Shown piece after piece: positions 29,128 through 39,852 of a stretch of 64,000 bases of DNA (position 1 is the first letter of the stretch; each line of letters starts with the position of its first letter). The translations under genes were made by a program, and so were the position numbers. The DNA is from a bacterium (GTDB lineage: Bacteria > UBA8248). The DNA is taken from NCBI GenBank assembly GCA_965213625.1, contig CBDBZU010000004.1:544001-608000 (forward strand), written 5' to 3'. The notes under the pieces were generated by a model that saw only the letters and a program-made list of their open reading frames with translations, did not search any database and was not told the DNA's origin.

Positions 29128-30033
29128 GTGGCGACGAACATAGAACGCATCGCATTGACGGCATGGGCGGAGGCGCAAAAAAGCCCGCTTGACTTCACCA
29201 GCCTCACCGCCTGGCTGAAAGAAAGGGGTTTCGAAGTCCACCTCGATCTGGATACGGCCCGGATGGCGGGAGAGGAAACGGGCGCTGCGCGCGAGGAAGT
29301 CGTCAAGCGCGCCGATCTGGTTATCGTCTTCGGCGGCGACGGCTCCATGCTGCGCACCGCGCACAACATCGGGGAGGAATCCCCCCTCCTTCTGGGCATC
29401 AACACCGGACATCTGGGCTTTCTGGCCGACATTCCCCAGGCCGAACTCTACCCGGCACTCGAGCGAATCCTGATCAAAAAGGAATTTTCCATCGAATCGC
29501 GCATGCGGCTCGGCGCCAAGGTGCTTAAGAATGGAGGCGCGCCTCCTTTGCTGGCCGATTCGCTGAACGACATCGTGCTCACCACCGGGCCACTGGCACG
29601 CATGGTCGAATATGAGATTCAGATGGAAGGAAGGCAGCTTGGCTATTTCCGCGCCGACGGCCTCATCGTCGCCACACCCACAGGCTCCACTGCCTATTCG
29701 CTCTCCGCGGGCGGGCCGCTCGTGCTGCCCGACCTGAACGTGATGCTCATCAACCCGATATGCCCGCACACGCTCAGCAACCGGCCCATCGTCGTCCCCG
29801 CCGAGACGGCACTGGAAATCACCATCTTCCCGGATACAGAAGCCGAGGGACGAGAGGTTTTACTCACGCTCGACGGCTTTCCCGGTTGCGAGCTCGAGGC
29901 CGGTGATTCAGTGAAAATTAGGAAAAGCCGCACCCCCGTGCGCATCATCAGGCCCAAGGGGGCGGATTTCTTTCAGACTCTCCGAGAAAAACTCTTGTGG
30001 GAGACCCACCCGCGCGGCGGGCGGAAAACGTAA
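29128..30033 (+). CDS. nadK: NAD kinase
   Basis: GGDGSML, GHLGFL, LND, DGLIVATPTGSTAYSLSAGGP; precedes recN. Confidence 0.95.
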   Translation: MATNIERIALTAWAEAQKSPLDFTSLTAWLKERGFEVHLDLDTARMAGEETGAAREEVVKRADLVIVFGGDGSMLRTAHNIGEESPLLLGINTGHLGFLADIPQAELYPALERILIKKEFSIESRMRLGAKVLKNGGAPPLLADSLNDIVLTTGPLARMVEYEIQMEGRQLGYFRADGLIVATPTGSTAYSLSAGGPLVLPDLNVMLINPICPHTLSNRPIVVPAETALEITIFPDTEAEGREVLLTLDGFPGCELEAGDSVKIRKSRTPVRIIRPKGADFFQTLREKLLWETHPRGGRKT

Positions 30034-30039
30034 TCCCCG

Positions 30040-31752
30040 ATGCTCCGCCTCCTCAAGATCACGAATTTCGCCATCATCGACGACCTGGAAATCGCCTTCG
30101 GTTCCGGCCTGAACGTCCTGACGGGCGAGACGGGTGCGGGGAAATCCATCATTTTTGGCGCCTTGAACCTCACGCTGGGCGCGCGCGCAGGAGGCGACCT
30201 CGTCCGCGGGGGTGCGAAAGAGGCCGTCGTCGAATCGCTCTTCGATATACCGGACACTGCGGGCGGCCTCGCGGCGCGTTCCCTGCTCGAAGATGCGGGC
30301 GTGGAAATCGAGGGCGGCGAACTCATCGTGCGGCGCCGTGTGGCGCAGGCGGGCAGAAGCCGCATCTATCTGAACGGCGTACTTGGCACCGCTTCGCTGC
30401 TCTCCCGGGTGGGCGAGCGCCTCGTGAACATCCACGGCCAACACGCGCACCAAAGCCTCCTGCGCCCCGCATCCCACCTGGGGCTTCTGGATGATTTCGC
30501 ACAAACGAGCAGAGAAAGAAACGCCTTAGGCGAGATGGTACGCGAACTCAATTCCGCCGAGGAAGAACTAGGCGCGCACCGCGAGGGTGTTCGCGAGCGC
30601 GCCCAGAGGGCGGACCTCCTGCGCTTCCAGGTGGAGGAACTCGAAAAAGCCGCGCTGCGCGCAGGTGAACTTGCTGAGATCGAAGCCGAACTGCCGAGAC
30701 TCAGAAACGCGGGCCGCCTGATAGAAGGCGCCGCCTCTGTCTATGAGCGGCTATACGAGGCGGAAGGGTCGATTGTCGAGAAAACGGGTGAAATCCAGCG
30801 CGAACTCGATGGCATGTGTGAGCTGGATGAATCGCTGGGTACTCTTTCCGGGGAAGCCGCATCCGCCCAGGCGCAACTGGAAAGCCTCGCCGATTCGCTC
30901 CGCGATTATGCGGAAGGAATCGAGCACGACCCCGAACGCCTGGAAGCCCTGGAAGCCAGGCGCGCGCTGGTACGCGAGATGATCAGGAAATACGGGAGCG
31001 ATGAGGCCGAATGCCTCGCGTATCTTGAGGAATGCAGGAACCAACTCGCCATCGTCTCGGATGAAGAAGGAACCGAGGCGCGCCTCGTGGATGCGCGTGA
31101 CGCACTAAAGAGTGACCTCACGAAAACCGCCCTCGCCCTGTCCGAGAAAAGGGCGCGCGCCGCGATAAGTCTGGATGCGCGCATGGAAGAGGCCCTGGCC
31201 GAACTGGGCCTTGCGGGCGCGAAGTTCCAGACGATCATCACGCACTCAGAAGACCCCGAGGGCTTCATCAAAATGGACGGACGCACTGTGGCCGTTCGCG
31301 CCGACGGCGTCGACCGCGCGCAATTTCATTTCTCGCCCAATCCCGGCGAGCCGCCGAGGTCTCTGAGCCGCGTCGCCTCGGGCGGTGAACTCTCGCGGTT
31401 GATGCTGGCCCTGGAATCCGTCCTGAGGCGCGCCGACCTGATACCCACCCTCATCTTCGATGAAGTGGATGCAGGCATCGGCGGAGCCGTGGCCGAGGTT
31501 GTGGGCAGAAAACTGAAAGGTGTATCGGCGAGCCATCAGGTGCTCGTCGTAACCCACCTGCCGCAGGTCGCGAGTCTGGGCAATCGGCACTTCCGGGTGG
31601 AAAAGCACGTAGCTGGAGAGCGCACGCAGACGCGCGTCGAAGTATTGGATGACGAAGAGCGCGTGGAGGAGATCGCCCGCATGGGAACGGGGCTGGAGAT
31701 CACCGACGCGGCACGAGAACACGCGAGAGAGATGCTGGGAAAGGCGGAATGA
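30040..31752 (+). CDS. recN: DNA repair protein RecN
   Basis: TGETGAGKS Walker A, IHGQH, ASGGELSR, IFDEVDAG, THLPQVA. Confidence 0.97.
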   Translation: MLRLLKITNFAIIDDLEIAFGSGLNVLTGETGAGKSIIFGALNLTLGARAGGDLVRGGAKEAVVESLFDIPDTAGGLAARSLLEDAGVEIEGGELIVRRRVAQAGRSRIYLNGVLGTASLLSRVGERLVNIHGQHAHQSLLRPASHLGLLDDFAQTSRERNALGEMVRELNSAEEELGAHREGVRERAQRADLLRFQVEELEKAALRAGELAEIEAELPRLRNAGRLIEGAASVYERLYEAEGSIVEKTGEIQRELDGMCELDESLGTLSGEAASAQAQLESLADSLRDYAEGIEHDPERLEALEARRALVREMIRKYGSDEAECLAYLEECRNQLAIVSDEEGTEARLVDARDALKSDLTKTALALSEKRARAAISLDARMEEALAELGLAGAKFQTIITHSEDPEGFIKMDGRTVAVRADGVDRAQFHFSPNPGEPPRSLSRVASGGELSRLMLALESVLRRADLIPTLIFDEVDAGIGGAVAEVVGRKLKGVSASHQVLVVTHLPQVASLGNRHFRVEKHVAGERTQTRVEVLDDEERVEEIARMGTGLEITDAAREHAREMLGKAE

Positions 31753-31864
31753 GGGAGAACGCCGAAGGCTGTGCGACCGCCACTGCGCCGGACATTCGCC
31801 TCTTAGGGCAGGTGTGCTAAAATGATAATCGCGACTCCTTGCAAACCAACAGGAGAACGCTGAA

Positions 31865-32233
31865 ATGAACGACATCCGGTTCGACACGCTGAAAGCCGCC
31901 CGCGATCTGAAAGCCGCCGGTATGGATGAAGCCCACGCCGAAGCCATCGTTGCGACGATGGGCCGCGCCATGGGCGAGAACCTGGCCACCAAGAACGACA
32001 TCGAAGCACTTGAACAGGCCATCAAAGCCCTCGAACAGGGTACAAAAGCCGACATCAAGGCTCTTGAGCAGGCCATCAAGGCCCTCGAACAGGCTACAAA
32101 AGCTGACATCAAAGCTCACGAGCAGACCACCAGAGCCGACCTCGCGGCCCTCGAGCACCGGGTCACGGTCCGGCTCGGCGGACTGACCGTGGCCGGCGTC
32201 GCATTCCTCGCCACACTCATCAAGTTGTTCTGA
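31865..32233 (+). CDS. DUF1640/CCDC90-like coiled-coil protein with C-terminal membrane anchor
   Basis: FDTLKAARDLKAAGM..AHAEAIV, LATK.DI, repeated DIKALEQ, hydrophobic C-terminus; AGGAG RBS. Confidence 0.88.
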   Translation: MNDIRFDTLKAARDLKAAGMDEAHAEAIVATMGRAMGENLATKNDIEALEQAIKALEQGTKADIKALEQAIKALEQATKADIKAHEQTTRADLAALEHRVTVRLGGLTVAGVAFLATLIKLF

Positions 32234-32256
32234 CCGCCGCGGGAAGAAGCGCAGCG

Positions 32257-32378
32257 CGCGCGTCGAATTTCTTAGCGATATTGAGCGCGTAGAGGAGTTC
32301 GTCCGTTTCGAAACGGGATTCGAAATCAACGACTCAACCAGGGAGCACGCAAGAGAGATGCTGGGAAAGGCGGAGTAG
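32257..32378 (+). pseudogene. Diverged duplicate of the recN 3' end
   Basis: Gap-free 122-bp alignment to 31631-31752 (about 72% identity, manual count); translates RVEFLSDIERVEEFVRFETGFEINDSTREHAREMLGKAE*. Confidence 0.88.
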
Positions 32379-32457
32379 CCTCTCCTCAAGTCAGCCCCCT
32401 CAAGGGGGGAGTGAATAATTTTCCAATTTGCGTCCAGCTCTTTTGTATTTCCGAACG

Positions 32458-33582
32458 TTAGCGTTCAATCAGTGTCAACTGGGTGCCGAATTTCACGCCC
32501 GCGAATTCGCAAGCGGTTTGGATCTGATCCAGCTTTTGCCCCGTGTTGCTGTTGGTTGCCAGCCACCATCCGTTCTCCAATTCCAGAGAGCTGTTAATCA
32601 AGTGAGGGCTATTGATATAGAGGTCATTTCGTTTTCGCGCCACCAACCGGCGTGTTTCACTGGCCGTCTGAGCTGCGAAGCGCTCCATAAATCCAGAGTC
32701 ACGCCTTGTAAATTCATTTAGCACTTCGGCCAAGGTTTGAGTAGCGTTACCTGGTGTTGCTTTCTTATCATCAAGGACAAAGCCTACTATTTGGGGTTGC
32801 CAATTGCGCGTTGGTTGCGACGAGGCGGGACCCGACTCCACCGGCGGACGACGCGGGGCCGTTGAGGCAGGGGTTGACCTCAATGATCGTGAACGAGGAG
32901 GTGGCTGGACAACTTCGGAAGAAAGCCTTTTCAAGAACGCTTCCACATCCTCCAGTCTCGGCCTTGTTCCGCAGGCTCTCGCGACCTCTTCCGCAAGCAG
33001 GTCACGAAGCATATCGTCGGGAGTTTCGAGCAGATTTCGCCAAACACCCGGAATGGCCTTGCGCGCTTCCCCTGACTCCCGGTTGGTCTTATGCCTTTGC
33101 TCTGCATCTCGCCGGGCATCCTCGGAAACGACTCGATTCTTCCGCAAATACATTTCCAGAGACTCCACGTATTCGGGAATTCTCTCCTCGTTCGTCAATT
33201 CCACACGATAGAATTGCCGATCGGGAGGATCACCCGCCGCCATGCTGAGGTAAAAATCCCAAAGGTTTCCGTCAGTCAGAATAAGGAACGGAACGCCCCG
33301 GTTGACGGCATATCGAAACACCTGTTCTTCGCCTTTGATGTCCACGCCGCCAAGTCCCTTGGCCTCGATAAAAACAAGCGGGCCGCCATTTCTCAATAGC
33401 GCGTAATCCACCCGCCCGCTCTCAACGGAAAATTCCGGCACGAACTCGGCGGGATCGCTATCGTCCCAATCCAAGGCACGCAGAATCGGCACGATGACTG
33501 ACTGTTTGACTTGCGCCTCATTGGTCAGTGAACCGGAATTTATGCGCTCGACCGCTATTTTTAGGACTTCCTCCAAGCTCAT
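32458..33582 (-). CDS. HsdR-N-like PD-(D/E)xK nuclease fused to a SeqA-like C-terminal domain
   Basis: NEAQVKQ..I.PILRALDW, PE, GRVDYAL, FIEAK, EQVFRYA, LTDG..W; C-terminal WWLATNSNTGQK. Confidence 0.75.
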   Translation of the reverse strand: MSLEEVLKIAVERINSGSLTNEAQVKQSVIVPILRALDWDDSDPAEFVPEFSVESGRVDYALLRNGGPLVFIEAKGLGGVDIKGEEQVFRYAVNRGVPFLILTDGNLWDFYLSMAAGDPPDRQFYRVELTNEERIPEYVESLEMYLRKNRVVSEDARRDAEQRHKTNRESGEARKAIPGVWRNLLETPDDMLRDLLAEEVARACGTRPRLEDVEAFLKRLSSEVVQPPPRSRSLRSTPASTAPRRPPVESGPASSQPTRNWQPQIVGFVLDDKKATPGNATQTLAEVLNEFTRRDSGFMERFAAQTASETRRLVARKRNDLYINSPHLINSSLELENGWWLATNSNTGQKLDQIQTACEFAGVKFGTQLTLIER

Positions 33583-33619
33583 TCGTCAGATAACCTCTTC
33601 TCTGTAAACTTCGATACAA

Positions 33620-33660
33620 GTAAGGGACGCATATATGTCGGACATATATGTCCGACCTAC
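33620..33660. repeat. Fused REP-like palindromes
   Basis: GTCGGACATATATGTCCGACCTAC shares its core with the 10766-10795 palindrome. Confidence 0.7.
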
Positions 33661-33693
33661 ACATGAATCCTCTGCCCTACTTGTCCGGCGCTT

Positions 33694-35649
33694 CTATTCG
33701 TCCTGGTACTGCTGGAGGCTCTGGAGGACGGAGATGTCCTCGAGCGTCGTGGTGTCGCCGATTGTATCCGCCCCCGAGGCGATGTCGCGCAGGAGGCGGC
33801 GCATGATTTTTCCGCTCCGCGTCTTGGGCAGCGCGTCGGTGAAGCGCATGTAGTCGGGCCGCGCGATGGCGCCGATCTCCTTGACCACCCACTCCTTGAG
33901 CCGCTTCTCCAGGGCGTCGTTCTTCCTGTTCGCGCCCTTCATGGTGACGAAGGCGGCGATGCACTCGCCCTTGATCTCGTGCGGGATGCCCACGCAGGCG
34001 GCCTCGGCCACGTCGGGGTTCGCCACGAGCGCGCTCTCGACCTCCATCGTGCCGAGGCGATGACCCGAGATGTTGATGACGTCGTCCACGCGGCCCATAA
34101 TCCACACGTAGCCATCCCTATCCCTCCGCGCGCCGTCGCCGGTGAAGTAGCAGCCCTTCACGTCGCTCCAGTATTGCTTCTTGTAGCGCGCGTCATCGCC
34201 CCAGATGGTGCGCAGCATGGAGGGCCAGGGTTTCCGGACGACCAGGAGCCCGCCGCCCTCGGGACCTACCGATACGCCGTCTTTCGTTACCACGTCGGGC
34301 ACGACCCCGAAGAAGGGCAGCGTGGCCGTGCCGGGCTTGGTCGGCGTGGCGCCGGGCAGCGGCGTGATCATGATGGCGCCCGTCTCGGTCTGCCACCAGG
34401 TGTCTACGATGGGGCAGCGCTCCCCTCCGATGACCTTGTGGTACCACATCCAGGCTTCGGGGTTGATGGGCTCGCCCACCGTGCCCAGGAGGCGCAGAGA
34501 GGACAAGTCCCTCCCGTTGGGGTGATCATCGCCCCACTTCATGAACGCGCGGATGGCGGTGGGCGCGGTGTAGAAGATGTTGACGCTGTATTTTTCCACG
34601 ATGTCCCAAAAACGCCCGGGATCGGGATGGTTGGGCGCGCCCTCGTAGATGACGGACGTAGCGCCATTGAGCAGCGGGCCGTAGATGATGTAGCTGTGGC
34701 CCGTCACCCAGCCGATGTCCGCCGTGCACCAGTAGGTGTCCTCGTCCTTCAAGTCGAACACGTATTTCGAGGTGAGATACGTGCCGCACATGTACCCGCC
34801 CGTGGTGTGCATGATGCCCTTGGGCTTGCCCGTCGTGCCGCTCGTGTAGAGGATGTAGAGGGGGTGTTCGGAATCGAGCTTCGCGGCGGGGCAATCGGTG
34901 GAGGCGTTTTCCATCAGGTCATGATACCAGTGGTCGCGCCCCCGCTTCATCGTCACCTTGTTGCCCGTGCGCTTTAGGACGATCATCGTCTTGATCGACT
35001 TGGCGCCCTTGCACGCCTCGTCCGCGTTTTTCTTGAGCGGCACGATGTTCCCGCGCCGGAAACCGCCGTCCGCCGTCAAGACGGCCTTGGCGCGGCAGTC
35101 GTCGATGCGGTCGCGCAGCGAGTTCGCGCTGAAGCCGGCGAAGACCACGCTGTGCGGCGCGCCGATGCGCGCGCAGGCGAGCATGGCGATGGCCGCCTCG
35201 GGCGTCTGCGGCATGTAGATGATGACGCGATCGCCCTTGCGGATGCCGACGCTCCGCATCGCGTTGGCGAACTTGCACACCTCGCGGTGGAGTTCCTGAT
35301 AGGTCAGGGTGCGCGAATCGCCCGGTTCGCCCTCCCAGATGAGGGCCGCCTTGTTCTTGCGCCAAGTGGTGAGGTGGCGATCCAGGCAGTTGTAGGAAAT
35401 GTTGGTCTCACCGCCCACGAACCACTTGGCGTGCGGCTCGGTCCATTCCATGACCTTCCCCCACTTCTTGAACCAGTGGAAGTTGTTCGCCACTTTCGTC
35501 CAGAACCGTGCGGGTCTCTTGACGGACTCCTCGTACATCTCCCGGTACTGGGCCATGGACTGGATGTGGGCCTGCTTTGAAAAATCGCGGCTGGGCTTGA
35601 ATACCCGTTTTTCCTGCAACAAGGTGTCGAACTGTTTGTCGTCGACCAT
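33694..35649 (-). CDS. acs: Acetyl-CoA synthetase
   Basis: [51 protein letters not shown]. Confidence 0.97.
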   Translation of the reverse strand: MVDDKQFDTLLQEKRVFKPSRDFSKQAHIQSMAQYREMYEESVKRPARFWTKVANNFHWFKKWGKVMEWTEPHAKWFVGGETNISYNCLDRHLTTWRKNKAALIWEGEPGDSRTLTYQELHREVCKFANAMRSVGIRKGDRVIIYMPQTPEAAIAMLACARIGAPHSVVFAGFSANSLRDRIDDCRAKAVLTADGGFRRGNIVPLKKNADEACKGAKSIKTMIVLKRTGNKVTMKRGRDHWYHDLMENASTDCPAAKLDSEHPLYILYTSGTTGKPKGIMHTTGGYMCGTYLTSKYVFDLKDEDTYWCTADIGWVTGHSYIIYGPLLNGATSVIYEGAPNHPDPGRFWDIVEKYSVNIFYTAPTAIRAFMKWGDDHPNGRDLSSLRLLGTVGEPINPEAWMWYHKVIGGERCPIVDTWWQTETGAIMITPLPGATPTKPGTATLPFFGVVPDVVTKDGVSVGPEGGGLLVVRKPWPSMLRTIWGDDARYKKQYWSDVKGCYFTGDGARRDRDGYVWIMGRVDDVINISGHRLGTMEVESALVANPDVAEAACVGIPHEIKGECIAAFVTMKGANRKNDALEKRLKEWVVKEIGAIARPDYMRFTDALPKTRSGKIMRRLLRDIASGADTIGDTTTLEDISVLQSLQQYQDE

Positions 35650-35762
35650 GAGAATACCTCCCGGCTCGGTCAGGTGAAATCATATCGATGGCGATTTTTC
35701 GCTATTGTTGGTTATTCGCGCGGATTTCTCAAGTAGCCGTGCGCGGATATAGACAAGACGAA

Positions 35763-36389
35763 TCAATTGCAGAGCGCCGCGCGCACCTCCCGCGCCGCCC
35801 GGGCGGGGTCGTCCGCCGCCAGGATCGCGCCGATGAGGGCGACGCCGTGCGCGCCTCTCTCGATACACGACGAAGCGTTCTCGGCCCCCACGCCGCCCAG
35901 GGCGTAGACTGTGCCGCCTGCGACAGCGAGTTCATGCTCGAACTTATCGAGGCCCAAAACGGGGCCGGATGAGAATTTGCTGTTGGTGGGGAATACCGGG
36001 CTCAGCGTGACGAAATCCGCGCCTTCCGAGAATGCGCGCGCCGCTTCTTCTCCCGAATGGGCGGAATAGCCGATGAGGCCCTTATAGCCTCCCGCGCGTA
36101 CCGCAGAGACGCTCACCGTGCCCTTGCCGAGGTGTACGCCGTCCGCGTCCAGGGCATTGGCCAGCTCCGCGCCGCCGTTCACGAGCAGGCATGCGTCATG
36201 TTCATTCGCGAGGGAGGTGACTTCCCGCCCCAGCTTCAGGCGCTCATCAACAGGCAGATCCTTTTCGCGGAACTGAACGAAGCGCACCCCGCCCGAGAGG
36301 GCGGCTTCCAGCGCGCTCAGGAAGTCGCCAGACGGGGGAGCGTTCCTGTCCGTAATGAGGTAGAGCGGATCGAGCACCGATGATTCCAA
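35763..36389 (-). CDS. thiE: Thiamine-phosphate synthase family protein (ThiE/TenI-like)
   Basis: LYLITD, QFREKD, GVHLG, GYSAH, SPVFPT.SK, YALGGV; follows thiG. Confidence 0.75.
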   Translation of the reverse strand: MESSVLDPLYLITDRNAPPSGDFLSALEAALSGGVRFVQFREKDLPVDERLKLGREVTSLANEHDACLLVNGGAELANALDADGVHLGKGTVSVSAVRAGGYKGLIGYSAHSGEEAARAFSEGADFVTLSPVFPTNSKFSSGPVLGLDKFEHELAVAGGTVYALGGVGAENASSCIERGAHGVALIGAILAADDPARAAREVRAALCN

Positions 36390-36407
36390 AATTTTCCCGG
36401 CAGCAGC

Positions 36408-37181
36408 TTAAGAGCCGATGACGCCGGCCAGCGGACTCGACGCCGTGGCGTAGAGCTTCATGGGGATACGTCCGGCCTCATACGCGAGCCTGCCCGACTC
36501 GACGGCGAGGTTCATGGCGCGCGCCATTTTCACCGGGTCGTCGGCGCCCGCGATGGCCGTCTGCATCAGGACGGCGGCCGCGCCGAGCTCCATGGCGACT
36601 GCGGCGTCCGAAGCCGTGCCCACACCCGCGTCCACGATGACTGGAACCGATACCTGCTCCAGGATTATCCTGAGGTTGTAGGGATTCCGTATGCCGAGGC
36701 CCGAGCCGATCGGTGCTGCCAGCGGCATGACGGCGTGGCAGCCCAACTGTTCGAGTTTCTTGCAGATCACGGGATCGTCGATGCAGTAGGGCAGGACGAT
36801 GAAGCCGTCATCCAGCAGGATCCGGCACGCCTCGAGCAGGCCCTCGTTGTCGGGGAAGAGCGTGTCCTCATCACCGATGACCTCGACCTTCACGAAGTCC
36901 GAACCCGTGACCTCGCGCGCGAGTCTCGCCGTCGTCACCGCGCTCTTCACGTCGTAGCAGCCCGCCGTGTTGGGCAGCATCGTATATTTTTCCTTATCGA
37001 AATGCGCCCAGAAACCCTCCGAGGAATCATCTTCCAGGTCCACGCGGCGCACGGCGACGGTGACGATCTCCGTCCCGCTCGCCTCGAGTGAATCGCGCAT
37101 CACGCCAAAACTCGGATATTTCCCCGAACCCACCAATAGGCGGGAAGTAAAAGTTCTGCCCCCAATCTCATACGTGCTCAT
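36408..37181 (-). CDS. thiG: Thiazole synthase
   Basis: [45 protein letters not shown]. Confidence 0.97.
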   Translation of the reverse strand: MSTYEIGGRTFTSRLLVGSGKYPSFGVMRDSLEASGTEIVTVAVRRVDLEDDSSEGFWAHFDKEKYTMLPNTAGCYDVKSAVTTARLAREVTGSDFVKVEVIGDEDTLFPDNEGLLEACRILLDDGFIVLPYCIDDPVICKKLEQLGCHAVMPLAAPIGSGLGIRNPYNLRIILEQVSVPVIVDAGVGTASDAAVAMELGAAAVLMQTAIAGADDPVKMARAMNLAVESGRLAYEAGRIPMKLYATASSPLAGVIGS

Positions 37182-37233
37182 TACACCCCCTCCCGGCGCA
37201 GGCTCTCAAGGCCGCGCCCGTTATCATATACGA

Positions 37234-37434
37234 TCAGCCCCCGCCCACGGCGCGGACGATCTCGACCTCATCCCCATTGGATAAATGCGTATCCCCGTAT
37301 TCGCCCCGGCGGACAATTTCCATGTTGAGGGCCACGGCGATGCCGTTGACCTCGAGCTCCATGAACTCCAGAAGAGCGGCGACGCTCACGCCCTCCGCCA
37401 GTTCCTTGTCCTCTCCGTTCACCCGGACTTGCAA
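37234..37434 (-). CDS. thiS: Sulfur carrier protein ThiS
   Basis: VNGE, IAVALN, GDEVEIV..VGGG C-terminus. Confidence 0.95.
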   Translation of the reverse strand: MQVRVNGEDKELAEGVSVAALLEFMELEVNGIAVALNMEIVRRGEYGDTHLSNGDEVEIVRAVGGG

Positions 37435-37490
37435 GAACTCATCTCCTCAGGCGACACCCGGAAACTTCTCCATCAAGAAACGTCGCATCA

Positions 37491-37520
37491 AAAAAGCCGC
37501 CCCACGATACGGGAGCGGCC
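37491..37520 (-). terminator. Intrinsic terminator in the riboswitch expression platform
   Basis: Minus strand GGCCGCTCC-CGTATCGT-GGGGCGGC followed by TTTTTT, between the aptamer and thiS. Confidence 0.75.
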
Positions 37521-37544
37521 AAAAACACCCGGCTTCTTCGGCCC

Positions 37545-37624
37545 GCTTCCCTTCGCTGGAATTACCCAGTGCAGGTTCCAAGGGTTGCCCGCGACTCCAG
37601 GCTCTCAGCACATACACCCCTAGC
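37545..37624 (-). promoter_or_regulatory. TPP riboswitch
   Basis: Minus strand CTAGGGGTG...CTGAGAG...ACCCTTGGAACCTG..CTGGGTAATTCCAGCGAAGGGAAGC upstream of thiS-thiG-thiE. Confidence 0.93.
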
Positions 37625-37790
37625 AGGAACTATCTCCCAAGAGCATATACGGATGCGCCCCGACTTGCAACGCCCGAAGGGAACCGGCGTGTGCAATTCC
37701 CCCCGTTTTCGGGTATGAATACGAAAAATCACAAAATACGGCCGGGGTCCACCGAACCTCGTGCCTACCCATCGACCGAGGAGCGTGCCC

Positions 37791-38891
37791 ATGAAAGCAG
37801 CCATCTTCCACGAAGTCGGCAAACCGATGACCATCGAACCCATCGAGGTGGAACCGCCCAAGGAGGGAGAGGTGCTCGTGCACTACCGCGCGGGCGGCGT
37901 ATGCCACAGCGACCACCACGCCATCGCAGGACTTTTCCCGGTGCCCACACCCATCATCATGGGACACGAGGGCGCAGGCGTCGTGGAAGAGGTGGGACCC
38001 GGCGTGACCTCCGTGAAGCCCGGCGACCACGTGGTCACCGTCTGGCGCTACAGCTGCGGCGCGTGCGATCTCTGCCTCGCGGGCCGGCCCGCCATCTGCG
38101 GCGAAGGCATCCGCATGCGGGCCGACGGCACGCTCTCGGACGGCACGACGCGCTTCTCCGTCAACGGCGAACGGGTGCACCACTTCCTCGGCGTCTCCAC
38201 ATTCAGCTCCCACTCGGTGATGTCCGAGAAATCGGTCATGAAGATTCGCGAGGACATGTCGCTCGAAAAAGCGGCGGTGGTGAGCTGCGCCGTCATCACG
38301 GGCGTGGGCGCGGTGGTGAACGGCGCGCAGGTGCGTCCGGGCGAGAGCGTGGCGGTATTCGGCGCGGGCGGCGTGGGGCTGAACGCGGTGCAGGGGGCGG
38401 CCCTCATCGGGGCGGAGCCCATCATCGCGGTCGACCTGATGCAGAACAAACTCGAAATGGCGAAGAAATTCGGCGCGACGCACACGGTGAACTCCTCCGA
38501 TGAGGACGCGGTGGAGGCCATCCGCGCGCTCACCGACGGCAAGGGCGCGCACTACGCCTTTGAGCTCATCGGCGTGCCCGAGGTGATGTCCACCGCGTTT
38601 GAGAGCGTGCGCACGGGCGGCACGGCCGTCATCGTGGGCATCGCGGACGTGAAATCGAGGGTCTCGATACCCCCCGTCTCCCTGGTGACGGAGGAAAAGC
38701 GCCTCATCGGCTCCCTGTACGGCTCATCCAACCCGCGCATCTTCGTGCCCCGGCTCATCGATCTCTACATGGCCGGCAAGCTGAACCTAGACGACCTGCT
38801 CACCAAGGTGTGGCCCATCGAGCAGATCAACGAGGCGTACGATTCGCTCTTAAACGGCGAGGTGGCCCGCAGCGTCGTCGTGCACGAGTAG
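37791..38891 (+). CDS. Zinc-dependent alcohol dehydrogenase (class III-like)
   Basis: GVCHSD, GHEGAG, CGACDLC...C, GAGGVG, GSLYG. Confidence 0.93.
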   Translation: MKAAIFHEVGKPMTIEPIEVEPPKEGEVLVHYRAGGVCHSDHHAIAGLFPVPTPIIMGHEGAGVVEEVGPGVTSVKPGDHVVTVWRYSCGACDLCLAGRPAICGEGIRMRADGTLSDGTTRFSVNGERVHHFLGVSTFSSHSVMSEKSVMKIREDMSLEKAAVVSCAVITGVGAVVNGAQVRPGESVAVFGAGGVGLNAVQGAALIGAEPIIAVDLMQNKLEMAKKFGATHTVNSSDEDAVEAIRALTDGKGAHYAFELIGVPEVMSTAFESVRTGGTAVIVGIADVKSRVSIPPVSLVTEEKRLIGSLYGSSNPRIFVPRLIDLYMAGKLNLDDLLTKVWPIEQINEAYDSLLNGEVARSVVVHE

Positions 38892-38901
38892 GGGTAAGGG
38901 A

Positions 38902-39121
38902 CTGCCCCTCAAAGATGATGAACACCGCGGCTACCGGACATCTCGACAGGGAAGCCTTGATCGTCACCTGTTGCGACGGCATCGGCTGCAACGCCTCGAC
39001 CAAGGGCGCACTCAACATGACGCGTCTCGGCTTCCGTGTAAAGGAACTCATGGGCGGACTCGACTGGTGGAAGCGCGACGGCCATCTGACGGAAAGCGCC
39101 GTCCAATCGCTTAAATCATGA
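38902..39121 (+). pseudogene. 3' remnant of a rhodanese-like gene
   Basis: IVTCCDGIGCNASTKGALNMTRLGFRVKELMGGLDWWKRDG is the C-terminal half of a rhodanese domain; N-terminal half absent. Confidence 0.75.
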
Positions 39122-39222
39122 GGAGAAGGTTTCCCTGCCCCAAAACCCCCGTTTGGACACCCCCCGCCGTTTTTTGATAATCTGATTCTGCTTGTCCCAC
39201 ACCATCCCGCCGGAGGAGAGCC

Positions 39223-39852
39223 ATGGACATCATCGACATATCCGTTCCCGTAGTGGAAGGCGAAATGCCCATCTATCCCGGGAATCCGGGGCTTTCGATG
39301 CGCTTTCACAAATCCTTCGACGCAGGCGACGACGTCTGCCTCACCGAAGCAACCATCGGCGTGCACACGGGCACGCACCTGGACGCGCCCATGCACTATC
39401 TCCACGATGCGGGCGGGATCGAGACGCTGAACCTCGAAACCCTCATGGGTCCCGCCCGGGTGATTGCGGTGGAAAACCACGCGTGCATCACGGCGGAAGA
39501 ACTCGCCACCAAGAACCTCGAAGGCGCGACGCGCTTTCTGATCAAGACGCGAAACTCGGATGAGGGGTGGTGGCGGAAATCCTACAGCCCCGACTACTGC
39601 CACATGACGGCAGAAGCGGGACAGCTTCTCTATGACCACGGGATGGAGTTACTGGGCGTGGACTATCTCGGCGTGGATGCGCCCGATCCCAACGTGCCCG
39701 TCCACATGCTGCTGATGCCGCTGGGCGTCGTCCTGCTCGAAGGCCTGAACCTCGCCGATGCGCCCGAGGGCGATTATGAACTCATCGCCCTGCCCGCCCT
39801 TCTCCCAGGGCGAGACGGCGCGCCCGCGCGCGCGGTATTGAGGACCCTCTAG
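39223..39852 (+). CDS. Cyclase family (kynurenine formamidase-like) metal hydrolase, copy 1
   Basis: IDIS, HTGTHLDAPMH, GVDYLG, LLEGL, DGAPARAVL. Confidence 0.92.
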   Translation: MDIIDISVPVVEGEMPIYPGNPGLSMRFHKSFDAGDDVCLTEATIGVHTGTHLDAPMHYLHDAGGIETLNLETLMGPARVIAVENHACITAEELATKNLEGATRFLIKTRNSDEGWWRKSYSPDYCHMTAEAGQLLYDHGMELLGVDYLGVDAPDPNVPVHMLLMPLGVVLLEGLNLADAPEGDYELIALPALLPGRDGAPARAVLRTL

